The translations under genes were made by a program, and so were the position numbers. A stretch of DNA of 63,216 nucleotides, filler included, from Phoronis australis (lineage: Eukaryota > Animalia > Phoronida), in the NCBI GenBank assembly GCA_002633005.1. It is 12 parts of 12 records of this genome, joined end to end, with 100 filler letters (N's around TTAATTAATTAA, not from the genome) between each part and the next. Parts side by side here need not be neighbours in the genome. Positions count along the whole stretch, not along the records: positions 1 to 2,472 come from NMRA01003655.1; positions 2,573 to 14,998 come from NMRA01000016.1; 10 more parts are not named here. The stretch is one strand, 5' to 3'. Each line of letters opens with the position of its first letter. Within the stretch, counting starts at the first letter, position 1. Of this stretch, positions 1 through 11,660 are shown piece after piece. The notes under the pieces were generated by a model. The model searched no databases and was not told the DNA's origin. It saw only the letters and a list, made by a program, of their open reading frames with translations.

Positions 1-265
1 GGCAAAATTAAATGAAGACGACGTCGGAGATGATGACGCAGATGACAAATATGATGATAGTGGTGGAGATGATGAACAACATTGTAACATTCATATGACG
101 AACTTAGATGTCATAAATCAATAACAAATAGGCTAGTCTAGTTCAATAGAAGCTAAACCAACATCAATGCAGCAAGAGCGCTCAACAAAGGAACAGCGTT
201 ATCAGAAAATCTCAAATAACTCGAAAAGTAGACATCTTAGCAAAAAAATGGAAAACATCTTCTGA

Positions 266-1060
266 AAGCCCGTTCAAAATTCTATCTAAATTGATAGTAT
301 CCCACAATTCCGTTAATTTTTTTGAAAAAAATGAAATTTTGCATTTTTTTAAAGAAATTTAAAGTCAAATATATCGAAAACGGTAAGTCTGAGAAAAAAA
401 TTGTTCCAGTTCATTTGAAAGAATATACGTTAGAGAATCCACATGCAAAAATTCACGTCATTTTCTTTTCCCGTTTAAGTGGCACCTCAGCACGACTGAA
501 AATAGGTCAACATGCGCCAGAACCGCCATCTTGGAAGCAACTTCTGGTTTTTTGGCCTTGTATAATAGCAAATCATAAAAAACTAATAACTGCAAAAATT
601 CAAAGGAATTGGCCCTATACGGCGCCCTCTATAGGAGGAAACGTTTTTTTCCCGAAATCGAGGTGCGCATGCGCGAATGCCAATATTTCCGCCATCTTAA
701 ACCGGAAGTAAAAAATTTCCGGTACACATGTAGTGCACATCCAGTCCATTAATTGTGCAGAGTTTCAAATCTGTACGTAAAAAAATTGTAACCTCCAGAA
801 GCCTTTGAATCTTAAAATGGAAACAAAATGGCCGCCACAGCCGCCATCTTGGATGCGGTTATGACCAAAAACAATAGGCTTCCAGTACTTCCGGAACTAC
901 GTGTTATGTGTAAATTTCGTGATGATCGGACGAAAATTGCGACCTGTATCGTGCGAACAAACAAAAAAATGAAAGCGCTCCGANAACAAAAAAAACAAAA
1001 AAAAAACAAACTTAGTGTCAGAGCAATATACTTGGCGAAATTTATTTCCCCAAGTAATAA
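266..1060 (+). mobile_element. Non-autonomous Helitron/Helentron-like (pearl/HINE-type) repeat
   Basis: AAAATGGCCGCC/GCCATCTT motifs, an AACA-rich tract (~955-1010), then a 12-bp terminal hairpin TACTTGGCGAAA-ttta-TTTCCCCAAGTA (1029-1056, 1 mismatch). Left boundary approximate. Confidence 0.4.
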
Positions 1061-1466
1061 TTTAATAGTTGGGGTTTAAACACAACGTCACTCCGTTTAC
1101 TTCCAGTGACGTGGAAGTGGTCAATTTCATATTTACAGAGTTTGTGTGTCCAGGCGTGTCACTGTAACAGCCTGGATCGCGAGATGGTGGTTACCTAAGT
1201 ACCAGAAAACACCTCGGCTCGGCAGCAAATCGCATTTGCAATATCTGATTAAGTACACGTCATATCTTTAAATAGCTAAAAGTCCCTGCATCAATATTGG
1301 GAGGTCATCAGTAACTTGAACCCGCTGCACTGATCTAAGTTATAGTCTGTTTGCTCTAGATATACATGCCGTCCGTAGTTTCTTTGCGTAGTGTGTTCGT
1401 GTGTGTGTGACGAAATTGAAATCGCGTAGTCTCTTGGTTCGAGTAATATCAGCCGCAGATCTTGAT

Positions 1467-2472
1467 ATGGCTTGTCAAGTCTTGAATTTGTTGCTGACAA
1501 GCCTTGCAATTTCTGCATTGCACGTTGGAGGGGCTTCGGTGTCATTGGCGAGGTATGGATCAATCAAAGGCATCTTCGATTCCATTGAGGGAGTGACCCG
1601 TTTTCTCGGCGTGCCCTATGCCCAGGCACCGGTTGGTGAGCACAGGTTTTCCGCCCCGGCAGAGTTAAAACCATGGATTGGCGAACTAAAGTGTACGAGT
1701 TACAAACCTGCATGCCCTCAAGTTGTGGGTTTATTTTCTCCCACGTCTAACTTTCCGTCCTCGTTCAGTGAAGATTGCTTGTATTTGAACATATTTATTC
1801 CCAATCAAGTTGACCCAAAGAAGTCTTTGCCCGTCTTGGTACATTTTCATGACGGTATGTTTCAAGTTGGCTCGGCAGAGGGCGTGGATGGGACGAAACT
1901 GGCAGCGAGAGACAATGTGATTGTGATCACATTTAACTACAGGTTAGGTGTTATGGGCTTCTTGGGGAGAGATAACTATGGACTATGGGATCAGAATATG
2001 GCTCTCAGATGGGTTCAAGATAATGTGGGTCATTTTGGTGGGTCACCTGAGCAGGTTACTTTGGCGGGATCAGGATCCGCGGCATTCGCTGTTGGACTGC
2101 ACACTCTCGCCGATGTGAGTAATTCATTATTCAGAAGGGCTATTATGCTCGGAGGTTCTCCGTACCAAAATGATTACATTGTGTCTATCTTACGAGCCAA
2201 GAATGCTACAAAATTGTTCTATGAAAAAGTCAGTTGCAAAGTTGGCGACATACATTGTCTTCGAAAATTGCCCGTTGAGAAAATCGTTGAGACACAAAAA
2301 CAAATCTCGGGCTCTGAAGTCTTGTTTACCGTGAGAGAAGACGGGCAGTTTGTCCCAAGACCATCACGTGACCACTTAAACAGAGACGATTCCGAGAGGA
2401 CGGTCTCCGAATGCATACTTGGACTTAATGTCAACAATGGCGGCATTGAACTAGTGACTGACTCCATTCCTA
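1467..2472 (+). CDS. Secreted type-B carboxylesterase/cholinesterase-fold protein, non-catalytic neuroligin-like; truncated by contig end
   Basis: ATG at 1467 followed by a signal-peptide-like segment. Family motifs FLGVPYAQAPVGEHRF, SEDCLYLNIF, NYRLGVMGFL, NYGLWDQNMALRWVQDN. Nucleophile elbow reads GSGSA rather than GESAG. Confidence 0.92.
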
Positions 2473-2572
2473 NNNNNNNNNNNNNNNNNNNNNNNNNNNN
2501 NNNNNNNNNNNNNNNNTTAATTAATTAANNNNNNNNNNNNNNNNNNNNNNNNNNNNNNNNNNNNNNNNNNNN
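2473..2572. other. Artificial contig linker N44-TTAATTAATTAA-N44
   Basis: Identical 100-bp linkers also at 14999-15098, 17401-17500, 24623-24722, 27415-27514, 36061-36160, 41753-41852, 51519-51618, 53997-54096, 56144-56243, 59785-59884. The 12-mer has stops in all six frames. Confidence 0.98.
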
Positions 2573-5500
2573 CTGGTGTCGTGGTGAAAATCATTCATGG
2601 GAGCTTATATGTCTTCTTTTCAACTTTAAAGAGAAGCGGTGAATAAAGTTGCATCACGGTTCACACGTCAGGTACAATCATGAATTTCTTGATCCACAAT
2701 GGCATTTGTTTGAGTTTCAGATTCGGAACATTCCGCTCACAGTTACATCTTCTTTCTCCTGCTCTCCAACATCCCTCTTAATCGGTACGATGGTTCAATC
2801 TCCTCGAAGCTCAGCAGAATAATCTTTCTTATAAAGATTGTGAGATCAAGGTTCTTGTTTTGCCTTAAATATGTAAAATGAGATGTTGTAATCGCTTGCT
2901 ACGAAAACATTTCATACAAGTCACTCGATCAAGACACTGAAAAACATGCACTAGATGACTACACTCAGTGAACGTGTGACAAAAATGCTTAAAGTAGGTC
3001 ACAGATTCTCCCACCTAAAAATGCCCAGCATCAGCTTTTTCAACACAAAACATAACATAACTTGTCTGAGCAGAAATGACACATTGATTTCGGCACAACA
3101 GCAACTTTCTTTTAGGCTCTTGTTATTTAAACTCCAGAGTACCTTCAGAGTCTTTTATACGTTGAATACTTTTTGCTTCTGCAATTTTCCAAAAGCTAAG
3201 GATATCTTTACAAACATGGAACAGCAACGCAAAAACAATAAGTTCATTAAATTAGCATTCGTTTTATCCTCATGTGGTCCAACTATGTAATTTTAACAAG
3301 TCAAATTCTGTTAATGACAACTAGATGCCACTGTCAGGTAACTTTTCAGCAAATACTAAATAGAAATTGAAAAAGTCCAATTCATCTAGTTTAAATCCAT
3401 AGCAACTTATTGATTTTATAGCTCTACATCTTCGAAATATTTAATCATTTTAGGCTCTTTGGTGCGACACAAATTTTATGCTTTACAAATCTGGAAAGGA
3501 AAAAAATAAAACCTTACATTTTTTGGTGGCTGAAAAATTGCAATTGCATGGGTTTGTCTGACTTCACTGCCTGAGCTATCTCAGGTGGTCTGTGTCCGCT
3601 ATAGTGCCGTAGACCTAGTCATGATTCAAGTGTTTGTACTTTCAGCCATACACACCAGCCTGTAGGCTGTTTTTCATGATTCATGATACATGCAATCTGG
3701 CACAGCTTAATATGATGTAGTAATACGCTGGAAGTTGCTCTGCACATCATCCTTCACCATATTATGTCAGTATTTTTCAAAGTTTGAATGTCCACCTGAT
3801 TGCACGAAACAAGAGCTTTAAAATGGTCCCTTCAATGTTTACCCAGGATCATCATTAATGGTGTTTCTCAATTTTCTTTTCAAAGGTTATAAAATGTTTG
3901 TGTTACTAAAGCTTATCAATACAGCTGTGATGTCAATAGTTAGTCAACATGAGGTTTAATTTGCGTACAAGACGTTCTTGAAATAGCACATAATAAGTTT
4001 TAGAAGAAGTCATGAAACCATTAATCTCCCACTGGCTGACAAAAACGGACAAGACTGCCAAAGTCTTGGGTGTCATTTCAACATATAAACAAATATGGCC
4101 GCTGATGCTGAAGCAATTGAATTCAGCAATTTCACCCAGCACTAAAATTGAATTGCTGCCCTTAACTGCGGTGACACTTTCCAGAAAAATTCTTGAAATA
4201 TTAATTTTTTAGCAGCCAGTGACTCTAGCGAATGAGGGGGACTTTCAGTGCATAATCACCATAGTGTGTGTCAAAATTAGCCTGGAACTATTGCTGAACG
4301 GATACTTCTTGGCACATGGTAAATGATATACAGTGGCTTTACAATTCTACATAGATATTTTTCAAATGCATGAGGACCTTTAGAAATTAAATGATAAAAA
4401 GTAAATCTTAACTTCATGGCTGCGAAAGATGGTCACATTTCTTACAGTACAAATTGTTACAGATGTGACTTAATGTTTTTGGATTTTTGGGAACTGGATT
4501 GAGATACCCTTGAGAAATTTTGCTCAGTTATATCGACTAGAGTGAACAAGGAGAAAATTAAATTGAGTTCAAATTGATTTCCTTTTTTTTCTGATATCAA
4601 AACTTTTGTTATTTAAATGTTACAGATGTGACTTTCACTAATTGGAAAGGTTAATTAGAAATATTGATTGTCAAACATCAGGTAGTTTCAACTATTAAGT
4701 AAATATAATTCTTATGTAGCAAATGATATATTAAAACCATTCTGGCATTAATTTCTTCAAGTCTGTAGCAAAAATTATGAAAAAGTTGTGTCTCATCAGT
4801 AACACATTTTACAAATAAGAGAAAAGCCTTTAAATAAAAGCAAAATTTTCAAGACTAGCAGAAAACAGACCTGCAAACAACAAAATTCAATGATTAAACT
4901 TTGTGTAAACATCAAAATAGAAAGTTAATGGGCTGATTTCAAATTTTTTAGTCCATGGCACAAATAACAGTAAAATATGTTCCTTTTGTTCCAACTTCTC
5001 AGTGCAATGATGTGATTTCTATACAAAACTTGCACACACTTGGAAACCTTTCTTGCATAGTGGTACATGTTGAGCATTTCCGTGTAGCTTCTGTAAAATG
5101 TGTGCTAATTACGAAAATGAAGGGTTATTGCATAAACTCTGTGACTGGTTATTTCCTGACAGCAAGTGCTGTAATTGTTGTAAAATACCTCCCACCTTTG
5201 GTATAACCACCTGTCACTACCTTTTGAGCATAGAGGGTGGCTTTGTTGAGGCCATAGGTGTGTTTAAATTCTAACTCAAACAAGTATTCCCGCAATCATT
5301 TGTTAACTGAGTCTGAACTCCACTAGTCAGTGCTCTTGAAGTGAATAGAAACGTATTGAGGGTTATCCGGGGAAGTCACCCGTCTGTCAGCAATGCCTAG
5401 AGAAGGCACTATAGTTACGACTTGTCTAGGTTGACGAGTGTTGTGTGACAAAGGCTTTTTACCCGATTCACAAATATGACTAAAATATATGACTAAAACA

Positions 5501-7149
5501 CTTGTAAGGTTTTGCTGCTTTAACTTATTTGCTTGTAGCAAAAAAGTAACATGAGCAGTTGTAATTTTCGTTGACTGACACCTTGCTGTAGTTTTGAGTT
5601 ATCCCACTCCACTCAAACCAAGAGCTCTCAGCACATTCACATCCACTGTTTTGAGCAAGTGTCCTTTGTCACTAAATAGTAATCCAACTCTGGGGAGTTA
5701 AAACAGCTGACAACATCCCTGACGAGTCTTCAGAGGCTTTTGTTTTTAAATGTCTTCAACTCTTACAAGTAGGGGTCTTGGCTTAAATAGCTAGGAATGA
5801 TAGGAACTTGACAGTAGTACACGTATGGATATTTCACCCTCTGCTGTGTCACCCGATGTCAATGTTTTCCCCTTTCACTTATTCTGTAATCGTTTTGGGT
5901 TCTAGTAGGCATCAGTCTAAGGGCTATTGTCTTAGGTAGGGTTTAACTTCATTCCAATGGTTTTGTTCAAGTTACCATTTTCGCTGTTGCCCAGGTTTTG
6001 TGCTGGTATGGGTTTTGAGTGTACAATAGAGCCAAATACTTTACTACCATAACGGAATTCGGGTATCTGTAAATCTTGATCCCACTTTTTGTGGTTCTTA
6101 AATTCTGCACAAAAATGATTGCTGGAACTGGCATTGTCCATTTGTCTATGGCTAATTGTGGTGTCAAAATGCGTGAAACCTTTGTTGTGGTCTTTGTTTC
6201 ACTGTAATGGAAAAGAAAACATTCTCTAAGATTTTTATTTATCATTTTAGCTGATAAGTTTAACAAATAGAAATTTCACTCATTCAGCACTCAAATTTGA
6301 TTGTCAGAATCACGCACCCAAGATCCTCAAAGTTTGGAAATGACGCGCCCTTCAAATCTTCAAATAAACTGTTGGAACATGCACCAGCAGAGAACAAGAA
6401 TTCAAATTTGATTATTTTAACATTACAAACTTAAATAACAACATGTAACAGAATGAATTTCCAGTGAACACCAAAGATGTATATTTCACCTCATTGTACA
6501 GTTCATTAATTTTGCACATGACAGACGCTCAATTCCATTGGCCAAGTAAGGAAAACCCACCCTTCTTTGAAGTCTGTCGTCAGCGGAGTGCCAGACACGT
6601 ACAGTCTCGCCTGCATGGTCCAGGTAATAAAAGCTGTACAGCACCCTAAGACGCAACAAAGACAAACATATCAATAGATGAACAATTGCTACTAATGTCT
6701 CAAACTTAAAGTGCATGAACCTGCCTTCCATCACAAAAAAACTTTCGATTGAGACTGCTTATCATGGTGAAATTCATCGCAAATTTTTCCTTAGTTAAAT
6801 TGGAAGCAATTTCAGTGCTTCAGAAAACTGACAGTTTACTAATTTTTTGAGACCATGATAAACAAGTGGCCATATCACAGCGGGTCACGGTACGCATAGT
6901 CACAGGTGCTTAAACAACTGTCACTTGTTTACCAACCCAGAAATCTGTTCCCATCTAAAGAAGGGTTAGTTTGTTAGGTGATGGATGTTCCCATTCATTC
7001 CAGGCACTGTAAATTTCTAGAATGATGCAAAAACTTTGAATCACACCTTCCTGACATATTGGAGCTCTCAAACTCCTACTGGGGATTAATGACTGACTGG
7101 TTCCCGCAAAAAATTGCACTCTGCCTGTGGTCATAGACAGCAACTCAAA

Positions 7150-7585
7150 AGTCCTGTACCATGAGTTAGACAACTAATCTGACCCCTCTGTCTATTCAAA
7201 GAGGGATTCTTGGCTTTCACCCAAACAGGTTCTTTGTCACTTTGCTCTAACTAGGAACTCTCTGTCTGTCGGTCACCTTCGCATCAACTGTCTTGAATGA
7301 GTGTACTGTATCACTAAGGTGATCAATTGCTATGGACTTAAAACACTGTGATATTTGCCCTGAGGTCTTGCACCATGTGCTTTCAAAACAGCTGCTTTAT
7401 ATCACCAATGTAAGTCTTCACATTTGTCGAAGAAAATGCAATACACCACTCCATTGACATAATCGTGCTGTTGTGTGTCTGTGGAATGCACAACTACTTC
7501 TGACCATGTCAACAGGGTTTTACGCTATTTCAATACGATTCGCATTAACAATCTACGCAAATCTTTACTTTTTTAATGTGCCGAC
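7150..7585 (-). mobile_element. Decayed Penelope-like retroelement, GIY-YIG endonuclease region
   Basis: Minus-strand translation across frameshifts: DLRRLL...VHSTD...NGVVYCIFFDKCED/YIGDIKQ...IDHLSDTVHSF...VWVKAKNPSLNR, the typical Penelope C-terminal pattern. Confidence 0.7.
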
Positions 7586-7683
7586 AATGGTTGAAAACGC
7601 TCTGAAGTCTCTGCTGGTATGGAAGACATGAGGCTGATGGTGTGAGGCTCTGTTATACACCAACCAGGGTATCCACAGTTGGA

Positions 7684-7960
7684 GCACTGGCAGGATCTCA
7701 GTGTCATGTGATCACCTGTGGGTGGTGCCCGGCAGACGTCACACCCCACCTGGTGGCTGTCACTTGAGAAGTGGCATTGCGAAATGGCAGGTAATGCGTA
7801 ACCACAAATCATGAGTAACAAGAGTTAAACAGAGACGGTGGTTAGAAATTATCTCTCATTTACCAGCACCTCCTCTCAAGTGGCAGCCACCAGGTGGTGT
7901 TTGACGACTGCCAGTCACCGTCCACAGGTGACCACGTGACACGGAGATCCCTGCCAGTGC
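7684..7960. repeat. ~87-bp inverted repeat (Penelope pseudo-LTR arms)
   Basis: 7684-7769 aligns to the reverse complement of 7874-7960 (shared GCACTGGCAGG, TCACCTGTGG, CCACCTGGTGGCTG, CACTTGAGA). Confidence 0.85.
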
Positions 7961-8000
7961 CTCGACGAAGAGTCCAAGATGGTCCCGAAAGCTAGGCTCT
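7956..8000 (+). ncRNA. Degenerate minimal hammerhead ribozyme of Penelope type
   Basis: AGTGCC-TCGACGA-AGAGTCC-aagat-GGTCCC-GAAA-GCTA-GGCTCT: stem I, mutated CUGANGA core, imperfect stem II, GAAA, palindromic AGCT, stem I'. Confidence 0.5.
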
Positions 8001-8169
8001 CAAATATAACCAGGCTGCCAATAGGTAACAGTCATTTCAATTGAATCAAATAGTAAATACTGGTCTGTGTGTGCCAGCTTCATATAGATAGAATCAGTTA
8101 GTACATTCAGTAAGGCCCGGTTGTCTGCTACAAGGACCAACATGCTAAAAAATGTATACTTTGCATGTT

Positions 8170-8575
8170 AAACATGTGAGGATCTACGCAAAATTATTAA
8201 TGCAAAGAGCATGCTAGCTTGTTAACATGCTCTGGAATAAATTACTGCACCCGAGGAATAACCTAAGCTTGGTGATATCAGTATGTACAGTGGTGTATCC
8301 CAGTTTGTGTAATGGTGACAAATGTGTAGACTCTTACATTGGTGTGGCAGAACGGGCAGTCAGAAAATGCATGGTGTAGCACAGCTAGACTAATGTCTGT
8401 GGTTTAAATTATGCGGTGTTTGATCACCGGAGTAAGACATGGCATTGATTGCTGGCAGTGGATGTCATGTGACGATGCTAGATAGAGTTCTTGGTTTGAC
8501 AGGGGTATTTGTGTGAAAGCCCTTTTTGAATTGACATGAAGGGGTCAGATTTAATATGTCTGACTAATGATCCAG
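8170..8575 (+). mobile_element. Decayed Penelope-like retroelement, GIY-YIG region (second copy, opposite orientation)
   Basis: EDLRKII...KLLHPRN...VVYPSLCNGDKCVDSYIGVAERAVRK...AVFDH...SWFDRGI, with stops and frameshifts. Confidence 0.7.
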
Positions 8576-8784
8576 GGTTTTACAGTGATTGTTTATGAAT
8601 GCCAGCAGAGGGCGATACAAGTTTTGAGGAAATCAGTCAGTCATAAAAAGAAGCAGACAGGAGGCTCTGCATTGTTTGGAAAATTATGTAACATTAAGTA
8701 AGAATCATTAGTCTTTATACAACATGCCATATGTTGGTCACATGACGTGGCTTACTTGTATAATTTGTCTGAAAGGGTCTCTTT

Positions 8785-8856
8785 CCTGTCTGGGACTTGA
8801 ACCCGGAATGTTCTACATGCTATACAGACGCTCTAATCCACTGAGCTGTTGGGACC
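8785..8856 (-). mobile_element. tRNA-derived SINE head / pseudo-tRNA
   Basis: Minus strand has A-box-like CAGCTCAGTGG and B-box GGTTCAAGTCC at tRNA spacing. Stems imperfect. Confidence 0.6.
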
Positions 8857-9031
8857 ACCGTTCATTTACAGAAATCCAATGAGATGTTTTAGAAATGATC
8901 GTACCCAAGCTTGGGAGTGCACGTACATGCATACAGTATGTTGTTACCAATGAGCGCATTGTTATGATATTAGACTTAATTAACATTAGTTTTCTTACAT
9001 GTCATGTGGTGGTCATCTGAAATGATCTCTG

Positions 9032-9103
9032 CCCTGACTGGAGTTTGAACTGGGACTCTGCTATTACAGTGCAGTTGCTCTAGTCCACTGAACTATGAGC
9101 GCC
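9032..9103 (-). mobile_element. tRNA-derived SINE head / pseudo-tRNA, second tandem copy
   Basis: TAGTTCAGTGG and GTTCAAACTCC. Flanks resemble the copy ~248 bp upstream. Confidence 0.55.
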
Positions 9104-9476
9104 ACAGGCGGCTAGTAGAAATCCAAACAGACTTAATAAAAACATCCTACATTTATGTGGCCAGCTGTGGGCTATGGTTGTAAAAAGCGGATTCAAAATT
9201 AAATTGAACATAAAATGTTCCCAGATAAATTTAACATTTGCCAAAAAGTTCTTAATTTGCCTGATATCCTTTAATTTTCTTAATGTGAAAAACTGGTTGG
9301 CTAGCTTAATAAGTGGCTACCAAAATTATTTACCAAGATGACCTTAGGTCTGGACGAACGGGAACAACACTATGCAAAAGAGTTTGGTAAGTTCCTAGAC
9401 AGAAAGATAAAAATTTTCAACATAGTAAATTCGGAAACAATTTATTCATCTGTTTTGTTATATATTTTTCAGGTTC

Positions 9477-10880
9477 ATGGAAGATTCTTCCATGGTCAAC
9501 CTGTCTCAGGGGAGTGGCAAAACTGGATCATCCACTATGGTTTTAGCTGATGAGAGTGGTGAGGCATGCAGTCTTGTGTCTACTCAATCTGGTCATGCAG
9601 ACTGTGCTGATTCACAAGTGAGATGTGATGTCAAAGAATATAATTCTGGCACACTGGTGACCCTTGGAAACAAAGCGTGTAACATAAGTATGTCAAACGA
9701 GATGCCATTGGTGCTAAAGATGGAAGTTGAAGATGATGGATACAATGTTTGTGCACTGGATCATGACAGTACAATACCAAATACCTGGGATAAAGCAATC
9801 TCTGAGATTTCGTGTGAAAATAGGATGGTGCAAAAAACTTATAATGATGGGGATGATTCAGAGACCAGTTTACACGAAACTAGTTTGAATGATGACTTTG
9901 TAGCGGATCGTAACTTTCCAACTGGCAGTGATTGGGAGGGACGTAAAAAGTGTTCTGTTTCCATATTTCATCATAAGGACACTCAAGATGACCCAGATTT
10001 TGTGCAAAGTGAATCGGATGACTTGGAATATGAAGATGATGTCAGTGGAGATCCCGACTTCACGAATTTTAAAAAACAAAAGGTGAAGAAGAAACAAAAC
10101 CATCCAAAAGAACCGAAAGTTAAAACTCCTAAGACTAAAAAGTCAAAGAAGGAAAAGCCTTATAAAGAAAAGACCATTAGCAAAGGCTTTTACATGTTGG
10201 ATGATGGTTGTCACACTATTGTGAGTGTAAAATTCCAGCCATACTTGGAAGTAGTTCGAGAGGATGTTGATACCAGTGCTCCTAGTGGTCATTCTTCATC
10301 AGTGGAACCTTGTGAGAATGGAGCAGTGGGTGTTGTTGGTGGACAATCTGAACGTTGTAAAGCGGATGCATCATGTCCTAAGCCACCGGTTTCGTTGGTT
10401 AAGTACCGCTGCAAAGTTTGCGGATACTCGTCGAAATCTTTGAGTGTAACTCGCTGGCATATTTCAAGGGTGGAGTTGCAGGAGCCATCTATGTGTTCCG
10501 AGTGTGGGGACGTGTTACCCAATAACCACCAGCTCTACGTTCACAAGAAGCAAGAACATGAGAACCGTAAGGTGGTCAAGAAGATATACCCGTGCTCTTA
10601 TGAGGGCTGTAGTTTCACTGCCAAAAACAAGCTGCAGACTAAGAAACACATGGATTCGGTGCACGAGAACAGGCGTGACCACCCATGTACGTGGGAAGGA
10701 TGCGAAAAGTGTTTCAAGGACCCGTATGCATTGCGAGTTCATATGAGGATCCACAATGATGACAAGCCCATTATTTGTTACTTATGCGGTTTTCGATGCC
10801 GTCAAAAATCATCACTCAATTGGCACATGAAAACAAAACACCCAACAGACAATGATGGGCGGACAAGAGAGAATGTCTGA
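9477..10880 (+). CDS. C2H2 zinc-finger protein, ZFP91/ZNF653/ZNF692-family-like last finger
   Basis: 467-aa ORF after acceptor tttttcag (9472). Acidic and Lys-rich regions, then C2H2 fingers ending CGFRCRQKSSLNWHMK. An upstream coding exon is possible. Confidence 0.88.
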   Translation: MEDSSMVNLSQGSGKTGSSTMVLADESGEACSLVSTQSGHADCADSQVRCDVKEYNSGTLVTLGNKACNISMSNEMPLVLKMEVEDDGYNVCALDHDSTIPNTWDKAISEISCENRMVQKTYNDGDDSETSLHETSLNDDFVADRNFPTGSDWEGRKKCSVSIFHHKDTQDDPDFVQSESDDLEYEDDVSGDPDFTNFKKQKVKKKQNHPKEPKVKTPKTKKSKKEKPYKEKTISKGFYMLDDGCHTIVSVKFQPYLEVVREDVDTSAPSGHSSSVEPCENGAVGVVGGQSERCKADASCPKPPVSLVKYRCKVCGYSSKSLSVTRWHISRVELQEPSMCSECGDVLPNNHQLYVHKKQEHENRKVVKKIYPCSYEGCSFTAKNKLQTKKHMDSVHENRRDHPCTWEGCEKCFKDPYALRVHMRIHNDDKPIICYLCGFRCRQKSSLNWHMKTKHPTDNDGRTRENV

Positions 10881-11530
10881 TTCTGCTTGCACACGCATGT
10901 TTGTGATCATTTGGCTCAAAGTGTTTGCATGTTGAAAAGTTAGGCTGAGAGTAGGTTTCAAAAAGTTGGCAAAAGTCTTTTGTACCAAAAGTGGATTAAG
11001 TTCCAAACCAGAAATGTCTGACAAATTTTCATTTTTACCTGGCCAGTATTTTATGTTTGGTGTCCTCGGTTTTCACCATGAATTTGGTGAAGCCATATGA
11101 ATTTTGACGAAATGCAAAACTTTTCATGTTACTGCTTACGTGAATATTTACCCTCTGTGCTGCAATGTAAGGTTTGCTTCAATAGAAACAAACCGTTACC
11201 AATGGTCTCACAGGTGTCAAGGACCCTCATTTCCAATCGCATTCAGGGACTCTTTCCACAAAATGTAACTGGACTACGTGTATAATATTGTTCCTGTTAC
11301 AGACTTATACAGATTGTCATGTGACACGCACTTCCAGGTTTTGATTTCATGGAAAGGCTTGTTAGTTGATACTAGGCAGATTTTCTTGTGGTACCTCTAT
11401 GTGCCATTCCATAACAAGTTTTTAAGAAATGGCGATTTTTGATACTTTGTACTGTAAATCACAAATATACAAGGTATATATTTATAAGAGAAAAAACAAT
11501 TTTCTTTTGGATGAAGCGCTCTCTTCTTGG

Positions 11531-11660
11531 GCTGTTCCTCCACTCAGGGTTTGCCCTTCATTCGCTCAGGGTTTTTTGTCCATCCGTTTGGGTTTTCTGT
11601 TCGTCCAATCAGGGTTTTCTGTTCGTCCACTCAGGGTTTGCTGTTCGTCCACTCAGGGCT
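11531..11660. repeat. 22-bp minisatellite, ~6 diverged copies
   Basis: Unit GTTTTCTGTTCGTCCACTCAGG. Confidence 0.85.

Noticed and set aside
2-265. Acidic frame AKLNEDDVGDDDADD...
   Set aside because: Interrupted by stops and cut by the window edge; cannot be assigned.
1401-1466. ORF-track start of the esterase at GTG 1401
   Set aside because: Eukaryotic gene; ATG 1467 directly precedes the signal-peptide-like segment.
5718-5745. CTGACGAG hammerhead-like core (weaker ones at ~5385 minus and ~22938)
   Set aside because: No GAAA or closing stems at the required positions.
8785-9103. Functional tRNA genes
   Set aside because: Acceptor and anticodon stems are broken; better explained as SINE heads or pseudogenes.
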